Origin: Psilocybe cubensis
Taxonomy: Eukaryota
DNA length: 64,000 nt
NCBI GenBank assembly: GCA_017499595.2
Contig: CM039003.1
Location: 2,232,001 to 2,296,000, forward strand
Reading direction: 5' to 3'
Below are positions 51,001 through 64,000 of the stretch, piece by piece. Both the position numbers and the translations under genes were made by a program. The number at the start of each line of letters is the position of its first letter. Position 1 is the first letter of the stretch. Below the pieces are notes generated by a model that was not told the origin of the DNA, made no database searches, and saw only the letters and a list, made by a program, of their open reading frames with translations.

Positions 51001-52300
51001 ACCCTGCGATTGCTTGGTAATCAGCTAGTGTTGGACGGCAACCCATCACGGCAAACTCGCGGATCGCATGAATGAGGTTGAGGAGGGAGTCGAGGGGCAT
51101 GGTGATTGTCATAGCCACGGTGTCGACGTAAAACCCGATGATAGTCAGGGCTGTGCCGGAGAGCTGTTTGTCTTCGGCATGCGGAACGCCCAGCTCGTCC
51201 CAGAGCATGAGGAGTCGGGCTTGAGGTTCGGGCAGAATCTTATTGTACGGGGCGTACCAAAGAGTGTTGCCAGCTAGGGTGACTGAGAAAACGTCGTCGA
51301 CGTAACCAAAGAGATCAGGGATGAGCAAGATCGAGGTAGCGATCCACAAGATGAGGCTGAAAATGGCGCCCCACACGCCCCCTCCTGCTCTGCTTCCCAA
51401 AGTTGTTGCAACGGTCAATGTTGAAAAGGCCGTTGATCTTGACAACCTGCTTGATCTGCCACAAAGGGGCCATAGGACAGAGTCTGTAAGCTTCGGACAC
51501 ATCGCTCTTGAAGAGGACGAGCTCAGCGTGTGGACCGGCCTCCCGACGCAGCCGAAGGATGACACTACCGAGTGACTGAACGCTGTCGAGAGGTACAGAA
51601 ACCAGTGTTTTGTTGATCAACGAGTTTCGTGCGAAAGGTTCAGCGCTATGGTTGACAACGAGTCGGAGTTTGTGGGAGTGAGGCTTGGGTACAACCCCTA
51701 CTGGAACTGCAAGCATCCCGGGAAGCAAGGAACTGAAGGATTGAGAAAAACGCCCCTTTGAGATTTTGATGTCGCGCTGCTCGCTGGCGAAGGTGATGTG
51801 GCGTTCCTCGGTGAGGTATTCGGTGACGTCGAGGGTCGGAGGCAAGTGGGTGTCAGGGCAACACTATAATCAGTGTGACAAGGCCACCAACAAAGATTAA
51901 GCAAGAGAGAAAGAGAGAGAGCAGAGGGAGAGTAAGAGAGCAAAGAGAGAATAAGAGAGTGAGAGAGATTCAATGGTTCTAAGAGATCACACCAATGATA
52001 GTGGATATCCTAAGAGATTGAAGCTGAAGCTACAGCTACCTACAAGTCCAGTATTTATACTCTACAGCTATGCTAGAATATTCTCTACATTACATCATAA
52101 AGAAAGGTTAAAGAATAAAAGTGACATCATATAGAAAAAGGATGAGTAAGACTAGGAATGATATAGAATTTACTAGAAAGAAGTGGAGCAAGAAGGCTGT
52201 GATGAAAGAAATAAACTATCTAATCAGATAATTGATAAGATAATGAAAGGATAAGATAATTCTGTGAAGATAAAGAGGGGAAACTGGAGAAACCCTGACA

Positions 52301-55300
52301 TCACCCCCTCTCTAAGGCACATTTTCCACAATGTGCACATGGATGGGTTAGTTTAGAGGGTTTAAGAAGAGGAGGAGGTTCAGTAAAGTTAATAATAGGA
52401 GTGAAAGAAAGTCTATCAAAGGTCATAGCAGAAATCCTTCTAGGTGCTGAAGGATGTTTGGCATGGAAGTCCTTGATAGCCTTAGAAGCATTTTTCAAAT
52501 GCTCTGCAGGCTCCCAAGTGCATTCTTCATTAGGATAGTTCTTCCACTTGACCAAATATTGAAGTTTGTTTCTAAAAAGTCTGCTGTCCTTGATAAATTC
52601 AACTTCCCACTCAGGATTTTCTCCTTGAATGACAGGAGGTGGTCTAGAAGCAGGCTTTCTTCCTACAATATCTGGGTGATAAGGTAGAAGTTTAACCACA
52701 TTGAACACTGGATGGATTTTCATGGTAGATGGCAGCTTAAGCTCATAGGCATTAGGGCTAATAATTTTGGTAATTTTGTAAGGCCCATATCTTTTATCAT
52801 CCAATTTCTTGGAGGGCCTATCAGTTTTGAGGTCCTTGCCATCCAACCATACCAAATCCCCAACTTTGTACTGAGTTGGAGTACCTCTGTGTCTATTATA
52901 GAATTTAGCCATATCATCAGCAGCTTTTCTAAGTGCAGACTCTGCTTCTTTCCTGGCTTCTTCCATATTTTTCACAAAGGTATCCACAGTGTCCATTTTA
53001 CTATCTCTAAGGGGTTCAGTGCCCATTCTGGGATGTCTGCCATTATTGAGCATGAATGGTGTCTGTCTGGTTGAAGCCTGAACTCTATTGTTATAAGAGA
53101 ATTCAGCTAGAGCTAACCATTCAACCCAATCATCTTGTCTATGGTTTATAAAGAGTCTAAGATACTGCTCAATTTCTTGGTTAACTCTTTCAGTCTGACC
53201 ATCAGTTTGGGGATGGTAGGCTGTAGATGAGGCTGTCTGGATACCAAGTATTGAGTTGAGTTCTTTCATAAACCTTGAGACAAACTGTGGACCTCTATCA
53301 CACAGAATTTTAATGGGTAAGCCATGGTGTTTCCAGACATAATCTCTGTATAGTCTGGCTGTCCCTTCAGAAGTGACTTCATCTGTAGTAGGGATAATGT
53401 GGATCATTTTACTAAGTCTATCCACAACCACCATAATGGCATTATACCCTTGACATTCTGGTAACCCCATAATAAAGTCCACAGAGATGCATTGCCAGAC
53501 ATCAGAGGGAATCTCAGTAGGAATTAAAAGGCCAAGAGGTTTGGCTGGAAAGGTTTTGGTTCTGTTGCATCTATCACAACCTCTGGTATAGGCTGCAATA
53601 AAATGTGACATTCCTGGCCACCAATAATTCCTAGAGACTAGCTCAATTGTCTTCCATTTCCCTGGATGTCCAGCAATGAAGGCATCATGGTGCAGTTCCA
53701 CAATCTTTCTTCTAAGATCTTTGTCCTTGGGAACATACACCTTCCCCCTGTAGAGAATAAGGCCTTGTTCTTCTGACCATTCCTGTCCTTCAATCTTCTT
53801 GGTAGAAGATTTCTTGAGCTCCTGAACTGCCTTGACCACCTTTTCATCCATCTCCTTAGCTTCTCTAATCTTCTTAAGAAGATCATTTTCTGCACCAGTA
53901 ATGGTAGCATGACCCTGCTTGAGAGCCTGGATTTTAAAGTAGGAAGGTTTGAGGAGAACTACATTTTGGTTATCATTCTCTCCCTTTTTATGATCTGGTC
54001 TCCTAGACAAAGCATCTGGCTTAAGAGATCTTTTACCAGGCCTATGATGAAGAGTAAAATCAAATCTGGACAGGAAGAGTGACCATCTGGCTTGCCTTCT
54101 GCTGAGCTTTTGGGCAACCATAAAGTACTCTAAGTTTTTGTGGTCTGTCCAAATCTCAAAGGAATGTTGGGTTCCTTCAAGATAATGTCTCCATTCATCT
54201 AGTGCTCTGATAATAGCCAGCATCTCTTTGTCATGGATCTCATAATTCCTTTCTACTTCAGATAGACTCTTAGACATAAAGGCTACAGGATGCCATTTCC
54301 CATCTGATCCTTCCTGAGATAAAACAGCCCCAGTAGCATAATCTGAACTGTCTGCTTCAACTTTATATGGCTTGTTATCATCAGGGAAAATCAAGACAGG
54401 TGAAGAAGTGACTTTCTTCTTTAACTGGTCAAAGGCTTCCTGCTGTCTAAGACTCCATCTCCAGACTGTTCCTTTCTTTGTCAATTCATGAAGGGGCTTA
54501 GCAATGTCTGCAAAATCCTCTATGAACCTTCTATAAAAATTAACAAATCCCAAGAATGATTGGACATCCTTGACATTTTCAGGTTCAGGCCATTTAGAAA
54601 CTCCCTCTACCTTGACAGGATCCATCTCAATCCTGCCTTGTGAAATGATTAGTCCAAGATATTCAATCTTTTTCTTTTCAAATTCACATTTCTCTGCTTT
54701 AAGGTAGAGTTTGTTCTGTTCTAAGATTTGCAGAACTTGCTTGACTACCTCTCTATGATGATCAAGAGTCTCAGTGAAAATTAAAATGTCATCCATGTAG
54801 ACAATGACAACATTTCCATCAATGAGCTCAATAAAGATATCATTCATCATAGTTTGGAAGGTAGCAGGACTATTGGTTAAACCAAAGAACATGACCAATG
54901 GTTCAAACAGCCCTCTATTGGTTCTAAAGGCTGCTTTCCATTCATCTCCTTTTTTGATTCTGACATTGTTAAATCCCCACCTAACATCAAGTTTGGTGAA
55001 GTATTTGGCTTTGCTGAGTTTGGTGATAATGTCAGAAATCAATGGAAGGGGGTAGGAGTTCTTGATGGTCATTTCATTCAGTTTCCTATAGTCCTGGACA
55101 AGCCTAAGAGATCCATCCTTCTTCTTGACAAAAAATACAGGGGAGGCCATAGGTGACTTGGAGGGTCTAATCCTGCCAGACTTCAGATTTTCCTCTAAAA
55201 AGGCATCAAGTTCCTTTTGTTCATTGGGAGAAAGAGGATAAATCTTGGATCTGTAAGGTTCAGAACCAGGTTTCAGCTCAATAGCATGATCCCAAGGCTT

Positions 55301-56187
55301 TCTGTCTGGTAGCCTATCAAAAGATTCCTTTGAAAAAACACCTTTAAACTGATGATAGTGCTTAGGAACAGTTTCTTCAAAGGTTTTCTTAGGGGAATCA
55401 GCTTGCTGATGAGACTCTTCTGCTAATCTTTGAGACATAGTAGAAGTAGCATTAATAGACTGCTTCTGAGGATGAAGGTATGAAATAAAAATTCTATCCT
55501 CAGGCTCAATCTCAGAATCAGAAGAATCTTCAATAGAATCATCTTCTTCTTCATCAAATTGAGGGAGTTTCCTCCTTTTGACTGCAGCTATTCTCTGCCT
55601 CTTTCTTCTGGCTCTTTTGGCTTCCATTTGGCAGTCAGAGGGACATCTAATAAACTGGACATCCCCTGTCTTCCAATCAACATCTGGATTATGGTGCCAA
55701 AGCCAAGTATGTCCAATGATAGCAGATTTGTCTCCCAAGTCACAAACAGCAAAGGTGGCCCTTTCTGTATGGTTTTTGTGTACCATAATTAAGTCTACTT
55801 CCTCATGGATAGAGCCACTCTTGTTGAGGGTACCATCAACATTATAGACTGGAATGGCTCTAGGAAGTTTCCTTGTGTTGAGATTATGATACTTCACAAA
55901 CCAGAATGCAGAAAGAGGCCAGTAGCTCCAGAATCAAGCAAAGCATCAACAGATAACCTTTTCTCTGTGTCCATTGTCTTTAAGATGACAGACAAATGGG
56001 TAGAGGTTTTAGGATTATGGTTGAGGATGTAGATCTTTTCAGGGAAGGTAGAAAGAGAGGAAGAAGAAGACATGATTTCTGCACCAGAATCTGAAGACTG
56101 AGGATCAAGTCTGTCAATTTCATTTTCTAGTACATTAAATCTATTCCATTGGGACATGTCTTTCACCAATGGTGCTTCTAAAAATTT
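52301..56187 (-). CDS. pol: Gypsy Pol (PR-RT-RH-IN-chromodomain), with a 1-nt frameshift near 55900
   Basis: LLDSGAT protease, YMDD RT, ADSS RNase H, HHCC and DRG integrase, GPY, C-terminal WEVEFIKDSR..YLVKWKNY..TWEP chromodomain. Confidence 0.95.
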
Positions 56188-57287
56188 TTCTTTTCCTCAT
56201 CTTTCTGCTCCTTGCCTTCCAAGATTAATTTCCCAAAGTAGTCAGCCAGTTCTTCATGGGTCATAGCATTGATGTTAACTGATGACCTGCAGTTTACAGC
56301 CTTATGACCAGGCTTTCTGCACTTGAAGCAAACAATTGGCCTGACTGACTTCCATCCAGAGTCAACCTCCATGGGAACTACATCTGGTTGCTTTGCCTGA
56401 GCACCAAAGGTCCTTGAGCTGCTGTTGGAAAAGACTGGAGGATTTGGAGTAGGCTTAGGAACAGCCTTGGGAGTTGGGGCTTTAAGGAAGGGAGAAGAAG
56501 AGGAGGAGGAAAGAGACTTGGTAAAGGCCTCACTCTGTCTCCACTGCCTATCTAGCCTAGTACTCCATTTAATCCATCCATCCAAGGTTTTGGGCATGTC
56601 AGGAACATAGTAGACTGCATTCCTGAGATTTTCATTAAGCCCAGCCTTGAATTGGTCTACCAAAGCAGCATCATTATACCCAGTATCTGAGATCAGAGCC
56701 CTGAAGCTAGCAACATACTCATCAGCAGTCTGTCTGCCTTGCTTGAGCATGTGCATTTTATGCTTAGCTGTGTTGGAGGGGTCTGGATCTGCAAACACTT
56801 CCCTAAATTCATAAACAAAGTCAGCCCAAAGACCTTCTTGGGACTGAGCATTGTCTATTACTTTAGTCTTCTCATATGCCCACTTCCCAGCAGTACCTCC
56901 TTTCATATGAGATAGAGCACAAATAACTTTCTGAAAGTCATCTGTAATCCCTTTCCCATAGAAATATAATTTAAGCTGACTGAGGAAGTTTTCTGCCTTC
57001 TCCATAGAACCATCAAATGGATCTGGAGGTGAGACTTTAATGGCAGAGTGTGAACAGGAAGGGGCAACATGAGGGGTAGGGAAAGAGTGAATATCTAGAG
57101 CAGCAGGTGGTGGTGGTGGTGGTGGTGATGGTGACTGACTGACTGGTTGCTGAGGGTGTGGTGGAGTGGATAATGACTGCTGCTGCTGTCTAAGAAAATT
57201 CAACTCTTGGGTAAGGAGCTGGACCTGATGCATGAGCTCTTCCACAGAAGGAGTGGTGGGAGGCAATTGGGAGGGGTCCATGTCCAT
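56178..57287 (-). CDS. gag: Gypsy Gag
   Basis: PDPFDG, LKQGRQTADEYVASF, PMEVD, CFKCRKPGHKAVNC zinc knuckle. Confidence 0.95.
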   Translation of the reverse strand: MDMDPSQLPPTTPSVEELMHQVQLLTQELNFLRQQQQSLSTPPHPQQPVSQSPSPPPPPPPAALDIHSFPTPHVAPSCSHSAIKVSPPDPFDGSMEKAENFLSQLKLYFYGKGITDDFQKVICALSHMKGGTAGKWAYEKTKVIDNAQSQEGLWADFVYEFREVFADPDPSNTAKHKMHMLKQGRQTADEYVASFRALISDTGYNDAALVDQFKAGLNENLRNAVYYVPDMPKTLDGWIKWSTRLDRQWRQSEAFTKSLSSSSSSPFLKAPTPKAVPKPTPNPPVFSNSSSRTFGAQAKQPDVVPMEVDSGWKSVRPIVCFKCRKPGHKAVNCRSSVNINAMTHEELADYFGKLILEGKEQKDEEKKNF

Positions 57288-59995
57288 GGGTAGGGGTAGG
57301 TAGGCTCTCTGATGTGTGTGTGGGAGAAGCTATCTACTGAAAGTGCCCTTGAAACTATACTAAGTATTCTAAAAAAATATCTATCTACTGGATACCCAGT
57401 TGTCACACCACTCAGGGCTCTAAACCTAGGATCACAGGGTTACTGGATATTTCCTAGACCACCAAAAACAGAACACTAGTAGGACTGTGTCTGCCCCAAC
57501 AGTTGGTATCCCTATCTACTAAGTTCACACACAGCACACAACAGAGAGTAGGAAAGATGATGAGCCAAAGGTCTTGAGGAAAGGTCTTGAGGAGGATGTT
57601 GAAGATTGGTGGAGATGTAGAGATTGGTAAGAAGATTGGTGAAGAGGTTGATGAAGAGGTTGGTGGGTTGGAAGTGGAGGAAGAAGGTTGAGGTAATGGT
57701 GTTGAAGAGGTTGAAGAGGTGAAGAGTTTGGTGTTGAAAGAGAGATGGTGGAGTTGTCTTGAGAGAGCTTCAATCTTCTGTCAGGGCAACACTATAATCA
57801 GTGTGACAAGGCCACCAACAAAGATTAAGCAAGAGAGAAAGAGAGAGAGCAGAGGGAGAGTAAGAGAGCAAAGAGAGAATAAGAGAGTGAGAGAGATTCA
57901 ATGGTTCTAAGAGATCACACCAATGATAGTGGATATCCTAAGAGATTGAAGCTGAAGCTACAGCTACCTACAAGTCCAGTATTTATACTCTACAGCTATG
58001 CTAGAATATTCTCTACATTACATCATAAAGGAAGGTTAAAGAATAAAAGTGACATCATATAGAAAAAGGATGAGTAAGACTAGGAATGATATAGAATTTA
58101 CTAGAAAGAAGTGGAGCAAGAAGGCTGTGATGAAAGAAATAAACTATCTAATCAGATAATTGATAAGATAATGAAAGGATAAGATAATTCTGTGAAGATA
58201 AAGAGGGGAAACTGGAGAAACCCTGACAGTGGGTGCGAGCCGTGTCGGCCCACGGCCAGAACCCATTCTGGATGCCATCGATGACAGAATTCACGTAGTC
58301 GGGATTCGGGTGTTGCAAGAGGTAGGCGTGCAGACGGACAGCATTAATGGGCGTGGTGATGTTGAAAAAATGACCATAACACGCAATAGTGTCGAGAGCA
58401 ACGCTATTCCTAAGTTCGTTGATGGGGACAGGGGGCAGAGGTTGGGCAGTCTCGGTGAAACGGGCAAGAGAAACATGTGCAGAAGTGTTATCCTCGGACC
58501 AATAGAGTGAGCGTAAGAAAAGAGGGCGCGAAGAAAGGTGCGAGAAACGATACACAGGGGCGAAGGGATTGGTGACGAAACGTCGTACATCATTTGCGGG
58601 TACACTTGTCGGCCACATGTCCTGTTGTCCTACAGGCGCTACAGATGTGGGCGTAGTTGCATGTTGCCTGTGTGTTGGGACAGTTTCCGGCGTTGTAGCG
58701 ACGACATGCCTCTCGTCTTGCCCTAGAGGTGTGCGAACCTGGGGCACCAACTGAGCGCGACCTGCTTTCCCTGGAATTCTTCGCGGTCGCAGAGCTGTGA
58801 GCACCTCCGTGTTGAAGCCAGAGGACGCCGAGGTCCGTGTAGCTGGCGTGGTCGTCGAGGAGCAGGTCCCGTCGGTTTGAGGCTCTAAGTCGGACCGCTT
58901 TGTCGTAGTTGATGACGTTCTCGTGGAGGTAAGAGGGGGTTGAACGAAACAGTTGAAGGATGAAATCTCCGTATGCGCTGAGCTCGCGGTGTCTGTGGGG
59001 GAACACGAACAGTACCGCTCTCGCGTATTGGTTCCACGCGATTGTCCAATCAGAGTGTTCGCGGACTGACTTTGATGGTGTGGCCGCTCCGACAACGACC
59101 TCAAGGGAACCGATCTTCTCCTTCCTCTCCTCGTCGATGGTGACTGTGTACAGGGAGCTGAATATCGCGTCGAAGTCCGCGCATTTCGAAAGTAATATTC
59201 GTTTCCACTGCTCAACGGTGAGCCCAGGTCTCTTCGCGGAGTTAAGGAGCGACGCCTCGGCAGCCTTGTAGTCCTTCGCGATGGTAGCGAGTATGGCCTG
59301 GGTCTGGAGTAGTTCGGGGGAAAGGTTGGAAGGTGTGAGCGCCTCCTGGATCTCCCACGGAAACGTGCCTCCCTCAACGTGTCGTTTTCGCGGCGGTAGC
59401 TCCTGGTCGGCGAAGAAATCCTCAACAGGAGATCTCGCCCGCTTGGACGCGCAGTCGATAGGGGTCTCGATGGTATGAGATGATTCCGGTTCATCGTCTC
59501 CCTCTTCCTCCGATTCTCCTTCGATACTTCCTGCACTTGACTTAGTAGCTCCTCCGCCTCGTCGTAATGCGTCTTTGCGTAATCCATCGAAGTTGTCAAG
59601 TATCGCTAGATAAGAATGTATGGCTTCGATAACGTGTTGCGAATGGTCGTCGGGATAAACATTGGCGAGGGTCGACTGAATAAGAATGAGCGTGTCTGCC
59701 TTCTCAACTGAACCGTTCTTGTAATTCTCGACGTGCTTATCGCACTCCGCCGAAGTTTCTTCCGATAGAACGAAGGAGGGGGTTAGACGTTGTTCGGGTG
59801 TGGCTTCGTGCTCCGAAAGGTCACTCATAAGAGTACAAAAGAATGACAAGTTCGAGGATGGCCGGTTCGCGAGAACGAGGATGCGAGTATAGACACGATA
59901 CGAGTTAAAGTAGAGAGCAGAGAGACTCGGGTGACCGTGATCGGGACAGTGTGTACTAAGAAACGCATGCAAATCTGGGGTACGTCAGGGCGCCA

Positions 59996-62900
59996 GCAGC
60001 CTCATCTTGTGGATCGCTACCTCGATCTTGCTCATCCCTGATCTCTTTGGTTACGTCGACGACGTTTTCTCAGTCACCCTAGCTGGCAACACTCTTTGGT
60101 ACGCCCCGTACAATAAGATTCTGCCCGAACCTCAAGCCCGACTCCTCATGCTCTGGGACGAGCTGGGCGTTCCGCATGCCGAAGACAAACAGCTCTCCGG
60201 CACAGCCCTGACTATCATCGGGTTTTACGTCGACACCGTGGCCATGACAATCACCATGCCCCTCGACTCCCTCCTCAACCTCATTCATGCGATCCGCGAG
60301 TTTGCCGTGATGGGTCGCCGTCCAACACTAGCTGATTACCAAGCAATCGCAGGGTGGATCAACTGGGCGTTAAACACCTATCCCCTCCTACGCCCCTGCC
60401 TGTCTAGCGTTTACGCAAAGATGGCAGGCAAGCACATTTCCTCTGCCGAAATCTACGTCAATAAGCGCGTCTGCCAGGAACTCATCTGGGCGGCAAACCA
60501 CCTTGAGACATGCAATGGCGTGCTGTTCCTGGAGTCCTTGGACTGGGACCTGGCTGAGGCCGACTACATCCTTCTGACGGACGCTTGTCTGTTCGGGATG
60601 GGCTTCTGGTCTCCATGTCATGACTACGGTTTCCAATATCGCATCGTGTCCGCCTCACACCCAATCTTCTACTGGGAGGCTTACACTGTCCTCTCCGCAT
60701 TTGCTTGGATCCTCTCCTCCTGTTCTCCCCCACCCAAGCGCGTCGTCATCTACTGCGACAATACCAACACCGTAAATCTTTTCAGCACACTTCGCGCCAC
60801 TCCGGACTACAACCCCATTGTCCTCACTGCCGCCGACCTCATGCTACGTTTCAACTGCCAGCTGCGAGTGGTGCATATCGCAGGCGGTCAGAACACAGTT
60901 GCAGACTCCATTTCACGCTTCGACAATCAAGTTGCCCTCTCCTTCCGTCCCAATCTCCTGATTCGGAATTTTTTACCCCCACAGTTGATGCTGGGGGCAG
61001 ATCTTTGATGGCCCCACTGTCCCGCCCCAGGCAACCCGCAAGGATTGCCTGGTCGCTCGAGCGCTTACACCATGAACAAGCTATAGCTCTTGGATTTGCG
61101 CTCGAGCCCTCCTCCATTGCCGCCTACTCTTCCGCCCTCCACTCTTACATCGCTTTTTGCAACCTCCACGCTTTCCCTATCGAACCTACCGCTGATACTC
61201 TCAGTTTTTTCATCGTGTTTATGTCCCACCACATCAAACCCTCTTCCGTGGCTGCCTACCTTTCCGGCATCTGCAGCCAGCTGGAGGCTTTTTACCCATC
61301 CATCCGCTCAACCCGTCAGTCACAACTCGTTCGCCGTACCCTCACAGGCTGCATCAAACTCCGTTCTGTCCCCACCACACGCCAGACGGCTGTTTCCTCA
61401 GAACAGATGCTAAGCCTCCACTCTCGCCTCATTCACTCCAATGACTACGACACGCTGCTCTTCCTGGCCATTTGCACCGCCGCATTCAACGGTCTCCTGC
61501 GCATGGGTGAGTGCGTGTGGCCGGACTCTCACCACCTGCGTGACTACCGTAAGGTTACCCGCCGCGCCACAGTGGAATCTACGCCATCCTCCTTCTCCTT
61601 CTTGCTACCTTCGCACAAGGCAGATCGCCTTTACGAGGGAAATAAGGTGGTGATTCACGCCTCTAACGCAGGACAGGAAGCCCTTCTGGCTCTGCAGTTA
61701 TACCTCGCACGCCGTGACAATGCTTTCCCTTTGAAACCCGAGTTATGGCTCCGTAGCGACGGCTCAGTCCCAACTCGTCGTTGGATGACATCCTTGCTCA
61801 AGTCATCCTTCCCAGGCCTCGGAATCTCAGGACACTCGTTTCGCCCCGGCGGCGCCACCTACCTGGCATTGCGCCGTGTCCCTTCCCATATCATCCAGGC
61901 GATGGGCCGTTGGAAGTCTGACACCTTCCAAACCTACATCCGAGAACACCCCGCCCTGTTGGCGGCACTTCTCTACACCTCCGTTGACCCTCGCACCACC
62001 CCATAGATGCTTGTTTTTTCTGTCCTTCTTGACTCCCCTTTCCTGCACCCTTTCCCCAGGGCGTGTCTCCGTACGTCCGCTGTTGTCTGCTTATTGTCTC
62101 ATAACTTCCCTGGTTTTCGCTGTTATCACCGACCTCAGGCATCCCTCAACGTTAGATGTCGTCGGATGTACTGTGTCGCGCGTTTCCGTGTGTTTCTCAA
62201 ATTTATGCTTTCATGCCACCTTCAAATCTTTTCTTCAACCATCATACCTCCTTACCGCTTTTTTGTACCTCCCGCAGTCGTTACACATTTTTTAGAGTAC
62301 AAACTGCGCAAATACATCTCTTTTCTTTTTGCAGACGCCGCTGCTGATCACAGGGCGGGCGTCGTGCACCATCTACACAACATCGGGTGACCGTGCTTGA
62401 GAACATCTGAAAGCGTGATTAGTCGAGTTTAGATAATGTTTATTTACACAAGTCTAATCACGCCGAAGACCCGCTCGTTTCAGGGAGCCTCACCTCTCTG
62501 ACCGCTTCCAGTTCAACAAACACCAACATTCAAGGGTGGGCTCCCCCCAGTTGTCGACCCAACATGTACCACCCGACATGAATGTTTGAGCTTTGTCTGA
62601 ACAGGAGAACCGCGCTCGCATGCTTTGCAGCCTTTTCTCCGACACGTCTTGTCTCTGCAACAAGAAGTGCATCTCGACGCACCTCAGCATAAAAGACCGC
62701 CTGGAGAATCTGGTTCTCGCACTTTTGCGTCCCCCGCTCTCCAGGTAAGCTTTTACTGCTCGAAACTCGCTCGACTTCATCACCGCTGACCTCTGTTTTG
62801 CGTCCCCCGCTCTCCAGATCACGGTCACCCGAGTCTCTCTGCTCTCTACCTACCATCCATCCCTACAGTCACCACCTCTCTCAAACAATCATGGCTTTGC

Positions 62901-63930
62901 CCGCTAGCGCTTACAGTGTCTCTCAAGACACCCGGATGCCCAAGTGCTCACCACGTCCCACATCCGTTCGGGCATCTCCCGCGTTCAGCTACGATTTACC
63001 TACACCCAACAATTCCGTCATACACCGTTACGGGCAGCGCACACCAACAGCGGGCGAACTCCTCGTACTACGCGAAGAACTAGAGGAGCAATTTAGGGAC
63101 ATGCCTGACATGGAGCTATTGGTTTACCTATTCGATTCCGTGTTATCGTGCCACTCAGAGTGGGGTTGGCGCGGTCGTTTCATTCGCCAGTTCTTTTATG
63201 ACCTATTCTACGAAATGCGTCGCCTAGGCTACTCCGAGTACGAATTGCTACGCTCTCTATTCCTGGCGCCCTGACGTACCCCAGATTTGCATGCGTTTCT
63301 TAGTACACACTGTCCCTTCACGCGTGCTACTCTTTTGTCCCGCTTTTTTGTACCTCCCGCAGTCGTTACACATTTTTTAGAGTACAAACTGCGCAAATAC
63401 ATCTCTTTTCTTTTTGCAGACGCCGCTGCTGATCACAGGGCGGGCGTCGTGCACCATCTACACAACATCGGGTGACCGTGCTTGAGAACATCTGAAAGCG
63501 TGATTAGTCGAGTTTAGATAATGTTTATTTACACAAGTCTAATCACGCCGAAGACCCGCTCGTTTCAGGGAGCCTCACCTCTCTGACCGCTTCCAGTTCA
63601 ACAAACACCAACATTCAAGGGTGGGCTCCCCCCAGTTGTCGACCCAACATGTACCACCCGACATGAATGTTTGAGCTTTGTCTGAACAGGAGAACCGCGC
63701 TCGCATGCTTTGCAGCCTTTTCTCCGACACGTCTTGTCTCTGCAACAAGAAGTGCATCTCGACGCACCTCAGCATAAAAGACCGCCTGGAGAATCTGGTT
63801 CTCGCACTTTTGCGTCCCCCGCTCTCCAGGTAAGCTTTTACTGCTCGAAACTCGCTCGACTTCATCACCGCTGACCTCTGTTTTGCGTCCCCCGCTCTCC
63901 AGATCACGGTCACCCGAGTCTCTCTGCTCT
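59996..63930 (+). mobile_element. Ngaro copy 4, 5'-truncated (partial RT/RH-YR-B-A-X-B-A)
   Basis: Starts mid-RT; RT to 61008, YR 61008-62006, repeats to about 63930. Confidence 0.92.
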
Positions 63931-64000
63931 CTTCAAGCAGAAACTCAAGATACATGCTACACAGTAAATAGAGTAATTTCCTCATTATCCAGGTTCAAAC

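Larger units (their letters stand above)
51851..58228 (-). mobile_element. Ty3/Gypsy chromovirus LTR retrotransposon (6378 bp)
   Basis: 450-bp LTRs 51851-52300 and 57779-58228 (one mismatch seen), TSD GTGGG, PPT AGAGAGGGGGTGA, gag followed by pol. Confidence 0.97.
48009..59941 (-). mobile_element. Ngaro copy 3, inverted, interrupted by a Gypsy element
   Basis: gag 58590-59828, RT split at 51850/58229 and frameshifted near 51395, YR 49350-50348, then B-A-X. Confidence 0.92.

Noticed and set aside
63931-64000. CpG-free sequence at the window end, possibly another element
   Set aside because: Only 70 bp visible.

Overview
Eukaryotic, intron-rich fungal DNA; gene structure and transposon types point to an agaricomycete basidiomycete (inference). 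The left half (1 to about 33.7 kb) is gene-dense: a DHHC palmitoyltransferase, ergothioneine synthase Egt1, a gelsolin-like protein, a hydrophilin-like protein, Sen15, Sec14/CRAL-TRIO, an F-box protein, a nucleotidyltransferase-like orphan, a zinc-knuckle protein, V-ATPase c', a ZIP transporter, Nop12, BCKDH E1-alpha and a membrane protein. It also holds a tandem pair of 87-aa six-exon Cys-rich genes with an R(L/I)RGG motif that the ORF track misses. The right half (about 33.7-64 kb) is a transposon nest: a MITE inside a MITE, then four rearranged copies of a Ngaro/DIRS-type tyrosine-recombinase retrotransposon that carries an extra 127-aa ORF in its terminal repeats. Two LTR elements are inserted into these copies. 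One is a 6.4-kb Ty3/Gypsy chromovirus in which I found no CpG dinucleotide. The other is a 1.58-kb non-autonomous LTR element whose only ORF looks like a Gag scaffold with a KH RNA-binding domain in place of the capsid. Both LTR elements show the same Tf1-like self-priming geometry. Coordinates of spliced genes were read by eye.
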